A DNA stretch of 64,000 bases from an uncultured virus (IMG/VR IMGVR_UViG_3300020256_000017) (Duplodnaviria; Heunggongvirae; Uroviricota; Caudoviricetes), in IMG/VR virus record IMGVR_UViG_3300020256_000017; one strand, 5' to 3'. The notes below the pieces were generated by a model. The model had not been told where the DNA came from, did not search any database, and worked only from the letters and a program-made list of their open reading frames with translations. The translations under genes were made by a program, and so were the position numbers. Below are positions 18,885 through 28,122 of this stretch, piece after piece; position 1 is the stretch's first letter, and each line of letters starts with the position of its first letter.

Positions 18885-19730
18885 TTAGAGCTTAAGCTCA
18901 TCGGCGTAAACAACATCGTCAATGTCATCGTAACGCCAGAAGGTGTGTGCATGATAGCCATCATCCGTTTTGATAAAGTCGACCGCAACACTTGACTCTG
19001 AACGCATGGCATCAATAAGCGCACTAACGTCAAAATCTTTCAGTGCTAAAGCCCGCTTTGCCATAGCGCTCTTGAAGGTTTTGGGACCAAACGCCATGAT
19101 AGTTTGTTGGTCGCTCATGTATAAACGAATGCAATGCCCAGGGACAGGAGAGTGCATGGATAGCCATTCAGCCTTACGAAAGGCAAGTCCTTTGCTCGCA
19201 TAGAGCTTTATGTTGTTGTTCTCGTCAGGGATAGGGTTAGCGGCAAGGTGCATGTCGCCATGAAGAATATCATTGTCTTCAACGCATTTTATTAACCACT
19301 CATCTAGCGTTAGTGTGCTGGGCAACTGTTCGCAATTAAAGCTTATTGGAGACAGAACAATGTCATCTTTAGGTGCAGGGACAGAGTAAATTTCATAGTC
19401 TCTCTTGTCGGAGAACTCTCTGAATTCACCACGCGTAGGATAGACGGGACGTCCTTCTTTCCACCACGCCGGAATGTTGTCATCGACGATGGTGTCTTTG
19501 AGCGTTGATAATGCTTGGAGGCTATCATTATCGGCGGCGCCATCTGCAATGTGATAGACCCACCCATTTAAGCCTTGTACGCGCTGTGTGCTTGGATCGA
19601 AGGCGATAGCGGTGATCATTGAGCCTGTGCGGCCAAGAGGGTCATCAGATAGCGTGCTCATAATATGAAGGCGACCAGGTTTACGTAATGGGTTAATGCG
19701 TTGAACGCACGTTATTGTGCTGAGGTGCAT
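18885..19730 (-). CDS. Hypothetical protein
   Basis: 281 aa ORF after GGAG RBS and box. Confidence 0.8.
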   Translation of the reverse strand: MHLSTITCVQRINPLRKPGRLHIMSTLSDDPLGRTGSMITAIAFDPSTQRVQGLNGWVYHIADGAADNDSLQALSTLKDTIVDDNIPAWWKEGRPVYPTRGEFREFSDKRDYEIYSVPAPKDDIVLSPISFNCEQLPSTLTLDEWLIKCVEDNDILHGDMHLAANPIPDENNNIKLYASKGLAFRKAEWLSMHSPVPGHCIRLYMSDQQTIMAFGPKTFKSAMAKRALALKDFDVSALIDAMRSESSVAVDFIKTDDGYHAHTFWRYDDIDDVVYADELKL

Positions 19731-19743
19731 GTGTTTCTCCGTT

Positions 19744-19788
19744 TGTGTTGACAGGTGACATTATGCCTGAGGCTGTGTGCTTTGTCAA
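19744..19788 (-). promoter_or_regulatory. GTCAACACA-box promoter
   Basis: TTGACA..CATAAT..GTCAACACA. Confidence 0.8.
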
Positions 19789-19879
19789 TGGCTTTTTGAA
19801 ACTTTGATTTAAATAATGGAATAAGTTTTGCTTTATTTAAGGAAAGTGGCTTAGGTATGCCGAAAAAAGGAATGAGAAT

Positions 19880-20557
19880 ATGAGAAAGTGGTTAGTGGGC
19901 GCAGTGTTTACCGTATTATCCTGTGCCAGCCAAGCAGGATTTATTGATACTGATTGGAAAGTGTCAGGTGATGGGTTGGCAACGCTGCATGAAGAAACCG
20001 GTATTGAGTGGCTTAAGGTGACAAACACATTAGGGCAAAGTGTCGATGATGTTCAGGCTGATCTGGCTCCTGGTGGAAGTCTTGAGGGGTGGCGTATTCC
20101 TACGTCAGAGGAAATAGTCACATTATGGGAAGCGAATTTTGCAGGCAGCTCTGTGCTGAACAATCCTCAGGGGACCCGTCGAAACTATTCGCTTTACACA
20201 CAGCAAGCACAGGATTGGGTTTCGAACATGGGTGAGGTAACCCCCTCCCCGACAATCCGGTCTTATGGCCTAGGATACAAAGAGAACGGGCAGCTTGGTT
20301 TTTTTGGTGTGTCGCGCGCATCGGGACAGACGTCGTATTGGTACGGGTATGGTGACAACACAACTGATTATACAAACCAGTACATGGGCGTGTTGTTGGT
20401 GTCCGATGGCGGCGTTACATTAAGCTCCATCAATGACCCATCATTAAACATTCAAAATCCTCAGGCGCCGATTAACCAAGTGTCAGCACCTTTGCTTGGA
20501 GGCTTTGGCCTGATGACAATTGGACTAATGCTGCGTCGAAGAACAGCAAAGGGTTGA
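19880..20557 (+). CDS. PEP-CTERM-like sorted surface protein
   Basis: Signal peptide; C-terminal VSAP, TM helix, RRR; paralog of 30931. Confidence 0.8.
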   Translation: MRKWLVGAVFTVLSCASQAGFIDTDWKVSGDGLATLHEETGIEWLKVTNTLGQSVDDVQADLAPGGSLEGWRIPTSEEIVTLWEANFAGSSVLNNPQGTRRNYSLYTQQAQDWVSNMGEVTPSPTIRSYGLGYKENGQLGFFGVSRASGQTSYWYGYGDNTTDYTNQYMGVLLVSDGGVTLSSINDPSLNIQNPQAPINQVSAPLLGGFGLMTIGLMLRRRTAKG

Positions 20558-20571
20558 GCTATCCACAGATA

Positions 20572-20601
20572 CAAAAAAAGCGCCTTTATGGCGCTTTTTT
20601 G
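20572..20601. terminator. Bidirectional intrinsic terminator
   Basis: AAAAAAAGCGCC-TTTAT-GGCGCTTTTTT. Confidence 0.85.
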
Positions 20602-20825
20602 TTTAGGAGCTGCACGCTGAGAAGGCGTCAACACAACAGAGCGTGCAGCGAAGGGGGGCCTAGCACCAAGAGGGCGTCAACACAACAGGTGCCAGGCAAA
20701 TAAACTGGGCGGTTATATAGGCATTAAGTGTTGACGTTCTTAGTGCCCCGCGGCTAACAGACCGAGTAATCTCAAGGCGTTGTTAGCATTGTCGTCAGGT
20801 TTGAACCTGTGTTCTCCCTGTCGAC
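20572..20825 (-). ncRNA. Candidate multi-hairpin sRNA carrying two anti-box loops
   Basis: Promoter at 20832-20860, no plausible ORF, several hairpins, two loops with CUGUUGUGUUGACGCC, ends at a terminator with a U run. Confidence 0.7.
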
Positions 20826-20860
20826 ATGTGTATCCTCTCACAACATTTAGATCCTGTCAA
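20819..20860 (-). promoter_or_regulatory. Box-family promoter of the candidate sRNA (variant +1 GTCGACA)
   Basis: TTGACA-N17-GAGGAT with extended TG, N6, GTCGACA. Confidence 0.7.
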
Positions 20861-20897
20861 CACTTTTTCTGTTTTTTTTCGATCTTTTTTTACGTGA

Positions 20898-21290
20898 CTA
20901 CAAATAGCCGCGACAAGCTTTGATAAATGATGACGTAGCGATGCTAATGCGCTGGTTTGTCATGTCCAATGACAACGGCATTAGTTTATCGTTATTACAG
21001 GTTTCTCTCACCTGCATGTTGTAGTCGCCAATATAATGGGCAACAGTAATAATCTCATTCTCATCGAAGTGTGTGTAAAGCGCCGTGTCCCGTGGGAGGT
21101 CGGCCGCTTTGTTTCGTATCGCAGATAGTGCGTTAAATCCAAGTGTAATGCGCTCTGTTGGTGTTACGTATGCAGTGGACGCCTCAGCAACAGAATCCAC
21201 TTTTGCTAAGTTAAGCGCAGCCGCATTTGCACCAATGATAAAACCTGCAATTAAAACCGCTAAGCGAGGTGAGGTATGGGTTGTTGACAT
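20898..21290 (-). CDS. Hypothetical exported or membrane-anchored protein
   Basis: N-terminal hydrophobic segment, GGAG RBS, box promoter. Confidence 0.75.
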   Translation of the reverse strand: MSTTHTSPRLAVLIAGFIIGANAAALNLAKVDSVAEASTAYVTPTERITLGFNALSAIRNKAADLPRDTALYTHFDENEIITVAHYIGDYNMQVRETCNNDKLMPLSLDMTNQRISIATSSFIKACRGYL

Positions 21291-21304
21291 GATGTTCTCC
21301 GTAC

Positions 21305-21348
21305 TGTGTTGACAAAGCTATTATCTCAAAAGCTGTGTTTGTAGTCAA
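21305..21348 (-). promoter_or_regulatory. GTCAACACA-box promoter
   Basis: TTGACT..TGAGATAAT..GTCAACACA. Confidence 0.85.
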
Positions 21349-21362
21349 GTGTGGAACTGACT

Positions 21363-21716
21363 TTAGGTCAACAAAATAGGATTGTTCATTTTTAAAATGC
21401 GTGACTCTTCATCAGGATAATAGAACTGAAAGTCCACCTGCCTTCCTCCAAAGTGAGGCTTTTGGTGGTCAGCGGTAAATCTTGCATGATAATGCTCTGA
21501 CACGCTAATTGACCGCTTGCCTTTTACCGGATTTATCACTAAAAGGATATCCAGATCGCTGTCAGGACGAGCTTCCCCTCTGGAGGTGCTGCCAGCCAGA
21601 TAGGCACGTACAATAGGGTATTGTCGCTTAACCCATAGGTTACGACGAAGCAGACGCGTTGCCTCTATGAGTGTAGGTATAGCAATGGTGTCTCCAGATG
21701 TATCTTGGAAGTGCAT
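21363..21716 (-). CDS. Minimal nucleotidyltransferase (Pol beta superfamily)
   Basis: AGSTSRGEARPDSDLDIL motif and a third Asp in VDF. Confidence 0.8.
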   Translation of the reverse strand: MHFQDTSGDTIAIPTLIEATRLLRRNLWVKRQYPIVRAYLAGSTSRGEARPDSDLDILLVINPVKGKRSISVSEHYHARFTADHQKPHFGGRQVDFQFYYPDEESRILKMNNPILLT

Positions 21717-21731
21717 AGTAAATCTCTACGT

Positions 21732-21775
21732 TGTGTTGACAATTATATTGTCACACACGCGAAAGGGGCTGTCAA
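21732..21775 (-). promoter_or_regulatory. GTCAACACA-box promoter
   Basis: TTGACA..TGTGACAAT..GTCAACACA. Confidence 0.8.
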
Positions 21776-21844
21776 AAGGAGAATATTACAGTTTAAAAAA
21801 AAGGTGCTATCATCATTTTCGCCATGGAGTGATTGGAGATTATC

Positions 21845-22180
21845 ATGTTATATGTCACCGTTATGCAAGGTTACCGCGCGATATTTCGAACCAAAAAAGA
21901 TGCTGTAGAAGCCGGTTTAGTAGACGACGTCATTGAGGACTGTAGGGAAAAAGGCCTGGTTGTGCTGTGTGATATGGACAGTAAGATGAGGTACCATTAT
22001 TTTGTTGGACTGCCAATAACAGAAGATGCGTGTCTCTGTGATGGAAAAATGGTATCAGCCAAAGCACCAAAAAAGAATAAGCGGGAAATTAAGGCCGCTT
22101 GGGACAAATTACAGCGCGCGCTAAACGCGCCTATAAAGAAAAAATACGGTTACGGTGTACATGCTTTGGCTAGGGCGTAA
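21845..22180 (+). CDS. Hypothetical protein
   Basis: GGAG RBS; followed by a terminator hairpin at about 22180-22205. Confidence 0.65.
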   Translation: MLYVTVMQGYRAIFRTKKDAVEAGLVDDVIEDCREKGLVVLCDMDSKMRYHYFVGLPITEDACLCDGKMVSAKAPKKNKREIKAAWDKLQRALNAPIKKKYGYGVHALARA

Positions 22181-22206
22181 AAAAAGGAGGCTAGCCTCCT
22201 TTTTGA

Positions 22207-22806
22207 TCATTTTGGTAAATTTTCCATATACTTCTCAGCTCGAACAATATCCGCTTCTGAGTGAGTGAAACCGCGATTGATATCGATATAATAGGTGCAG
22301 GCTTCACGCTCGGTCTCGAAAACGAAGCACTGAAGGTGACAGCGCACATGGTTAAGCAATGACAAGCTCTTAATGTCATCGAAACTCAATCCATTAAATA
22401 CCGTAAATTTATTTTCAGTAAAGTCTACCCATGCTGTTGATCGCTGCAACCCATCAAGCACTTTGCTGTGAAGCGGTATGCTGTTGCTGTAAGTAGTGTC
22501 ACTGGCAAGCCCAAAGATTTGCAGTGTCGACCGAAAACCGGATAGTGAATTTTCTATGAATTTAACCTGCTTTTCTCTGGACCACTTGTCAGCATCACGC
22601 TGAAAACCAGGTGTCATTAGTTGCAGTGCGGACCTCAGGTCGCCATGCTCCTCGAAGTGCGCCTCAGCATCGACATTCATAGCAAGAAATTGACTTGCGA
22701 AGCGACGGGGAGAAAAGGTGATTTCTTCTAATGGTGCGCGCGAAAAAGGGTTGCCTCCAATGCCGGAAAGTAATCGTTCTTCTATGTTATGCATGTAATG
22801 CCTCAT
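22207..22806 (-). CDS. DUF262/ParB-like domain protein
   Basis: PGFQR...W and VLDGLQR motifs. Confidence 0.7.
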   Translation of the reverse strand: MRHYMHNIEERLLSGIGGNPFSRAPLEEITFSPRRFASQFLAMNVDAEAHFEEHGDLRSALQLMTPGFQRDADKWSREKQVKFIENSLSGFRSTLQIFGLASDTTYSNSIPLHSKVLDGLQRSTAWVDFTENKFTVFNGLSFDDIKSLSLLNHVRCHLQCFVFETEREACTYYIDINRGFTHSEADIVRAEKYMENLPK

Positions 22807-23426
22807 CTTTTTTTGATAAGAGAAAGAAAAGCGATTGAGCTCTCCTCTTGCGACGGCGTCGCTGAAGAAAGAGCACCAGAGGTCATCATTGTGGCAAGTA
22901 GCTCATCATGAAGCGACGCTGCCGACAGGCTGTCCCCAAACACAAGGATAGGGGAATCCTCCGACTCGCCTTGTGCCAGCGCGTTACCCCATGCGTCAAG
23001 CGAGCCACCATTGTCCAAGATAAGATAAACCGGCATCGTGTTGAGTTCAGGTAAAAGCGCATACAGGGGAGTGGCAAGCATGGACAGTATGATCTCCACT
23101 CGTTCGATATCAGTGGCGTGCGTGAACCGTGCAATGTCGTCTGGTTCGCCTTCCATTCCCGAAGTGTCAATATCCAGTAGCGCTTCAGCTTTATCGCAAA
23201 TATTGTTTAAGAGCGTGTGCTCTTCTGCCCAGTCACCTAACGCATCCGCTGTGACGTCATTTTTATTCGGATGAGTTTCATATAGCATACGATACAATAA
23301 GCATAGCGCCATTACATTAAGCGCTTCACTTGTCATTACATTGCTGTAGACACATTGTTCATCTCGCACGCGTGCAATAATGTCATCACGCGACGCAAGC
23401 GGTGTTAAAATCGTTGCTGTGTTCAT
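22803..23426 (-). CDS. Hypothetical protein
   Basis: Start MNTATIL after AGGA RBS and box. Confidence 0.75.
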   Translation of the reverse strand: MNTATILTPLASRDDIIARVRDEQCVYSNVMTSEALNVMALCLLYRMLYETHPNKNDVTADALGDWAEEHTLLNNICDKAEALLDIDTSGMEGEPDDIARFTHATDIERVEIILSMLATPLYALLPELNTMPVYLILDNGGSLDAWGNALAQGESEDSPILVFGDSLSAASLHDELLATMMTSGALSSATPSQEESSIAFLSLIKKR

Positions 23427-23444
23427 GGTGTTGTTTCCTGTAAT

Positions 23445-23489
23445 TGTGTTGACGAAAATCAGTATCGCATTATGTGAGGGCGTTGTCAA
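23445..23489 (-). promoter_or_regulatory. GTCAACACA-box promoter
   Basis: TTGACA..TGCGATACT..GTCAACACA. Confidence 0.85.
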
Positions 23490-23561
23490 CATGAGGAATA
23501 TAGTGAAATGCCAAGCAACTAGAGATCACGGAGTTTACTCGCTAAATAATCGGCAAAAGAG

Positions 23562-23960
23562 GTGGATATGGGTATGTACATTAACTCATCGTATAGTGAT
23601 CGTGACCGTTCGCGTATGTATGTGACGTTTTTTGATGAGGCTGGAGCGCAAGCTGGCGCTATTACACAGTTAGGCTATTACGATTTGAGTTCATGGGGGT
23701 ATCGCGAAGTCAATGATGTAAAAGTGCCGGAGCTCGCGCGTGACTTCAGGATTGTTATTCACAATGACAGGTTGGACGGTACAGGCAATAGCACAGGCGT
23801 TGCGTTGCCGTCGATGACATTTTCCCTGGAGGATAACGAAGAGTCACGCCAGGCGCTAAACACTTTTGGTTATTTACAACAAAGCGTTAGCGATGTGCCT
23901 GTTGGCATGCTGGGTGGATTCGGGTTTGGTATGCTGTTGCTGGCGCGTCGTAAGCGATAG
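23562..23960 (+). pseudogene. 5'-truncated PEP-CTERM-like gene
   Basis: VPVG, TM helix, RRKR tail but no signal peptide; resembles the C-terminal half of the 10432 protein. Confidence 0.6.
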
Positions 23961-23985
23961 CAACAGCCTTAGTCAAGATACAACA

Positions 23986-24816
23986 CTAAAGTGAAAAAAT
24001 ATCAGAGACAGACATAACCCTAGGCGATAAGCCTTTTGCGGCTCCAGTGTCCATATACACAGTGTTCCCGCTTAACAAGGGACGATGTGTTGGTGTGATG
24101 CAATGACCTACCACCACCCTGTCTATATTGGCAACATAGGTTGGTGAAGGCGACCTGTCGTTGAACGCAAGTTTGGCAGCATGCTTGTCCCAGAGATGGT
24201 AGGCATCAACATCCACAGCGAGTCTGTCTGTACCTGACCAATCCCCATCAGGGACCGCTGCATGAACAAGACCTAGCTTGCCCAGTGGGGTATTAAGCTC
24301 AATGGCTTGATGAAAGTCGATCTGTTTGGCGTATTCAATCGCCTCCCATTGTATAGCAGGTCGACGATTGGCATCGACAAAGAACCATGCCCCGCCGTTA
24401 TACAGCCAGCTCACCATAAGCATATTGGCCTGCAACACTTCAGGTAGATGCGAGCGATACTTCACCCTTGCCTTCTCATCATTCACAAATTCAATAATAA
24501 GCGCCATACCGCCTTCATGAATAAATGTTGCGATGTCAATGGCATCCTCAGGTGACAAGTTGTCCAACAACGCTAGAAAGATGGCTTCATGGTTGCCAAG
24601 GGTCGTATGGTAACCAGGTTGTGTAAATCGATACAGCACATCAGTGTTTTGAGGCCCCCTGTCAATCAGATCGCCTAAACCATAAAGCACATCGCCATTC
24701 GCCGCTGAAAAACCAACCTCACCTAGCGCCTTTTCAAGTAAGGCGTCTTGGCCATGGATATCCGCGACAATAAACGTGCGTTCAGGGTTAGTGATGGTGA
24801 CGGTATGTCGTGTCAT
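23986..24816 (-). CDS. Metallophosphoesterase (PphA / lambda phosphatase-like)
   Basis: DIHG, GDLIDRG, GNHE, HA, GH and DTG motifs. Confidence 0.9.
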   Translation of the reverse strand: MTRHTVTITNPERTFIVADIHGQDALLEKALGEVGFSAANGDVLYGLGDLIDRGPQNTDVLYRFTQPGYHTTLGNHEAIFLALLDNLSPEDAIDIATFIHEGGMALIIEFVNDEKARVKYRSHLPEVLQANMLMVSWLYNGGAWFFVDANRRPAIQWEAIEYAKQIDFHQAIELNTPLGKLGLVHAAVPDGDWSGTDRLAVDVDAYHLWDKHAAKLAFNDRSPSPTYVANIDRVVVGHCITPTHRPLLSGNTVYMDTGAAKGLSPRVMSVSDIFSL

Positions 24817-24840
24817 TTTGCATTCTCTTTGTTGTGACAG

Positions 24841-25164
24841 TTAAACAATGCCTAAGTAATTGTGACTTTTGTGTTCGGTAACAGCTGAGTGCTCATACTG
24901 TTTGTGAAGCATCACTTTGTTCTTTTTAAGTAGATACTTCACGTCTTTATCTTTGCTGCTCCAAGAGCCACCATGAGAAAAATCGAGGCAGACTCTGAAT
25001 CCGCGCTTAAGCAGCTCAAGAAGGCGTTCTCGCCTCGCTACGCCATAGTTCATCTTGCGAACCGTCTCACTTTCCGCCTTAAGCGCAGAAAGTGTCGTAT
25101 GATCAAAGCGGCACTCCCACTGCGATGTGGATGCTACACGTGCCCCCGCATTGTCGTAATTCAT
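24841..25164 (-). CDS. Hypothetical protein
   Basis: GAGGGGAGG RBS; in an operon. Confidence 0.7.
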   Translation of the reverse strand: MNYDNAGARVASTSQWECRFDHTTLSALKAESETVRKMNYGVARRERLLELLKRGFRVCLDFSHGGSWSSKDKDVKYLLKKNKVMLHKQYEHSAVTEHKSHNYLGIV

Positions 25165-25184
25165 GATGCCTCCCCTCTAAATAA

Positions 25185-25595
25185 TTAATGGTTTAACGCA
25201 TTCAAAAGAGCGTCGGCTGTGGTCGACAATGGCAGTGTTATGCGAAAGTTTTTACTGCTGTCGACACTGCTTTCGAAATCAGCCACAATAAACAAGCGAT
25301 ATGGATCACAGTCACTTTCAAGCGAAAATGTTAATGTCGCATCAGGGCTGTCTTTAAGCACTAACGGGGCAACGTCACACGCTGAATTGGCAACCGAGGC
25401 ACTTTGAACAAAAGAGGAAAGGTCGATATTTTCCTTCATGCTTAAGTCCACAACCAGCAGCGATGAAGATGTAGTATCAGGTACGAGCATGAGCGACGTC
25501 TCTTTCGTGAATTGCGCGCTGGGTGTAATGATCAATTGCGCATTGTTATCTTCGTCCGACAGTAACTGGTACGCATTGTTAAATTGAGAATTCAT
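25185..25595 (-). CDS. Hypothetical protein
   Basis: ORF after box promoter. Confidence 0.75.
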   Translation of the reverse strand: MNSQFNNAYQLLSDEDNNAQLIITPSAQFTKETSLMLVPDTTSSSLLVVDLSMKENIDLSSFVQSASVANSACDVAPLVLKDSPDATLTFSLESDCDPYRLFIVADFESSVDSSKNFRITLPLSTTADALLNALNH

Positions 25596-25610
25596 ATTAA
25601 AGCTCGCTTT

Positions 25611-25654
25611 TGTGTTGACGGTGATATCATCTCACGCGCTGTGGGCGTTGTCAA
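25611..25654 (-). promoter_or_regulatory. GTCAACACA-box promoter
   Basis: TTGACA..TGAGATGAT..GTCAACACA. Confidence 0.85.
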
Positions 25655-25688
25655 TGATTTTGTAATTGCAGTGTGAAGTGATGGCGCG

Positions 25689-26060
25689 CTACAACTGAGA
25701 GCGCGCCTCTTCTGCCAATTCAACCTCACATTGCAGTGCCTCTTTGGCCTCATCGTCAAGAATGAAACCTTGCGCAAAAACGGCATCATAGATTGTGTGC
25801 CAGTTAGATGCAGAAGGGTAGATGTTCTCAAGCGTTTTTGATGAATAACGAGAAACTCGACGAAGCACGATTTTTGTACCAACGCTGTTTTTCCCAACAA
25901 CGATAATAGTGCTATCTAAACCATCTCGCTTGTTTTTAGGCTGAAGCACCATGCGGTACTGTCCCTCGAAATAATCAACCACAATATCAACATGCGTGAT
26001 ATCGCTATGGATAGGGTGAGTGGCTTGAACAGACAGAAGTGCTTTTTCTCTTGTTGGCAT
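25689..26060 (-). CDS. Hypothetical protein
   Basis: Start MPTREK after box. Confidence 0.75.
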   Translation of the reverse strand: MPTREKALLSVQATHPIHSDITHVDIVVDYFEGQYRMVLQPKNKRDGLDSTIIVVGKNSVGTKIVLRRVSRYSSKTLENIYPSASNWHTIYDAVFAQGFILDDEAKEALQCEVELAEEARSQL

Positions 26061-26075
26061 AACGCTTACTCTTGT

Positions 26076-26120
26076 TGTGTTGACAGATTTCATTATCTCA
26101 GCAATGAGGTGAAATGTCAA
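26076..26120 (-). promoter_or_regulatory. GTCAACACA-box promoter
   Basis: TTGACA..TGAGATAAT..GTCAACACA. Confidence 0.85.
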
Positions 26121-26301
26121 CAAAAAAAACGCGCTTATCAAACACATTGCGATGCTCATCAGGCGAATATAGCTGTAAGAAGTCTTTCACTTTAAGGTGT
26201 AACCCAATGCCACGGCAAGCGTTTTTTCGAACAAAGTCTCGCGCATAGCCTTAAAAAAGATAAGGCATACTGTGTATGCCTATGAGATTGCCTGATTGAT
26301 G

Positions 26302-26796
26302 TTACCTTACTGGTGTGTTGCTCAATGGTAGCTTGGGTGCAACAATCTTTACATTTTCCAAATGCTTTGAATAAGGTCGACTGGACAGTTTGACCGTTGA
26401 AATTTCTTTGCGCATAGTAAGAGGATCGATAAAGCTGACCTTGGCTATATAAAAGTTGTCATTGCAGCGCTGACGACCATAAGGTTCACGTGAGCTAGCA
26501 CCTGAAGAGATAGCCCCACCTGCTGCACCACCAAGAAGCGCAAAACCTGCTTTTGCCCTGTCGCTGCCGCCAAAATGAGCCCCCAACGCTGCGCCGCCGA
26601 TGATGGCCAAAAGTGACGGGCCGTTGCTACTTCCATTTCCGCTGCAACGAGTGGCTGTCTCTAATGAAATAATCGTGGCGTCTGTATAAAACACGCGCAC
26701 ATTGTCGTTCTTAGGTGTTGACTCACAGCCGCTAAGCGTGATCACGCTAACTGCGGCAACAAGTAGTGCTGAGGTTTTTTTAATAAGGTTTCGCAT
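26302..26796 (-). CDS. Glycine-zipper lipoprotein
   Basis: Lipobox LSGC; GGAALG..GG and LGGAAGGAI zippers. Confidence 0.75.
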   Translation of the reverse strand: MRNLIKKTSALLVAAVSVITLSGCESTPKNDNVRVFYTDATIISLETATRCSGNGSSNGPSLLAIIGGAALGAHFGGSDRAKAGFALLGGAAGGAISSGASSREPYGRQRCNDNFYIAKVSFIDPLTMRKEISTVKLSSRPYSKHLENVKIVAPKLPLSNTPVR

Positions 26797-26809
26797 GGTT
26801 AATCTCCTG

Positions 26810-26853
26810 TGTGTTGACATGGTTATTATCTCAACAACCCGGTGATATGTCAA
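26810..26853 (-). promoter_or_regulatory. GTCAACACA-box promoter
   Basis: TTGACA..TGAGATAAT..GTCAACACA, then AGGAG. Confidence 0.85.
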
Positions 26854-26988
26854 GCGCTCCAAGTTTAAAGTTGAAAATAAGCATGGTTAAGAAGGCGGTT
26901 TTTTACTTGCTTATAGCTGGTGTTTGAATTCCTCGGTAATTATTTCTAATGTGATATTATCAATTGCACGACGCAATGCATAAAGGAT

Positions 26989-28122
26989 ATGACTATGCCA
27001 CTCTCTCCGAACAGAGATCTTGATGTAACGATAAGCCACAACAATGAAACATTTAATGCCAAACTGCCTCTGCGTGTGTTGGAAAGTGAGGGGGATTACC
27101 GTATTGTCCCGGGTGTCCTTGAGCTGCCTGTAGAGGCGTTTGTCCACGAAAACGACACACAGCTGCATGTGCCCGATGTAAGAAAAAGCCTGGCGGCCAA
27201 GGTCAATGCGGCGCTAAAAACTATCGACCCCGCACACCCTTCGACAGAAAAGACGGTAGCATTAGAGGGCGTTAGCGGTGATATATCCATTAACTTTAAA
27301 AACTTAAATCCTGACTGGCGCAAGCCGGAAAACTATCGCTATACACACTATGAAGTAGCAGGCCCAAGTATGCTGAGCGGAAATATGCCTTCTATGAAGT
27401 TTGAAAGCGGTAGAGAGGCGACAGCGGTTGCATCCTATCTTGAAGACATGATTGTTATGGCACATCGTTCAAAACCATTTAATGAATTGCTTCAGCAAGA
27501 CTTGAACACGGAATCTGTTCCAGCGGTAGTGTTTCGAGCAATGGCCGAGCAAACCCGACAAGAACACGGCATAACCAGTGATAATATGGACGACATTTGG
27601 CCGTTCATGAAAGAGCGTATCGAAGCCAATCCGAACCACCGGCGCTTAGCTTCATTGTTCCCTGCAATCACTCCGCTTCAGCATAGCACGATAGATGAAG
27701 CCGCAACAGTGATGCGTTCTAACAGTCAACTTGATTCTCTATCTGATATGATGCAAATGAAAACGGTTGCGGATGCGATGCAAAATTCAATTCTCTCTGC
27801 TATATCGCGAGACGCAACCATCCCCAATCCGCTGTCTAGACTCCCTACAGTGCCAGCAAATGAAAGTGTAGGCTTGAAATTCGATATTGCCGCTCAGGCC
27901 GGTAACAAATGGGTAGAGGGTATGGCGGTTATACGCGGTGATGGGTCTCTGGTGGGCGTAATTTCACCAAGTGAAGAGAATGCAAGTAGAGTGATAAAGG
28001 CAGACCCCACCTTTCGCGCAAGCGCTGCTAATTTGATCGAGACGGATGCCAGAACGATTGATAATTTGCTGGGCCGTGAACCAGAGCCTGAACAGCCTGA
28101 CTCGCCTAAAGTGTCAAGGTAA
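26989..28122 (+). CDS. Hypothetical protein
   Basis: 377 aa ORF, AAGGA RBS. Confidence 0.8.
   Translation: MTMPLSPNRDLDVTISHNNETFNAKLPLRVLESEGDYRIVPGVLELPVEAFVHENDTQLHVPDVRKSLAAKVNAALKTIDPAHPSTEKTVALEGVSGDISINFKNLNPDWRKPENYRYTHYEVAGPSMLSGNMPSMKFESGREATAVASYLEDMIVMAHRSKPFNELLQQDLNTESVPAVVFRAMAEQTRQEHGITSDNMDDIWPFMKERIEANPNHRRLASLFPAITPLQHSTIDEAATVMRSNSQLDSLSDMMQMKTVADAMQNSILSAISRDATIPNPLSRLPTVPANESVGLKFDIAAQAGNKWVEGMAVIRGDGSLVGVISPSEENASRVIKADPTFRASAANLIETDARTIDNLLGREPEPEQPDSPKVSR

Noticed and set aside
20609..20697. Two 16-bp direct repeats read as a mini CRISPR array
   Set aside because: Only two short copies, lying in hairpin loops rather than being palindromic repeats around spacers; no cas genes in the window.
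20898..21716. MNT-HEPN toxin-antitoxin pair
   Set aside because: The gene next to the nucleotidyltransferase has its own promoter and an N-terminal hydrophobic segment, and no convincing HEPN Rx4-6H context.
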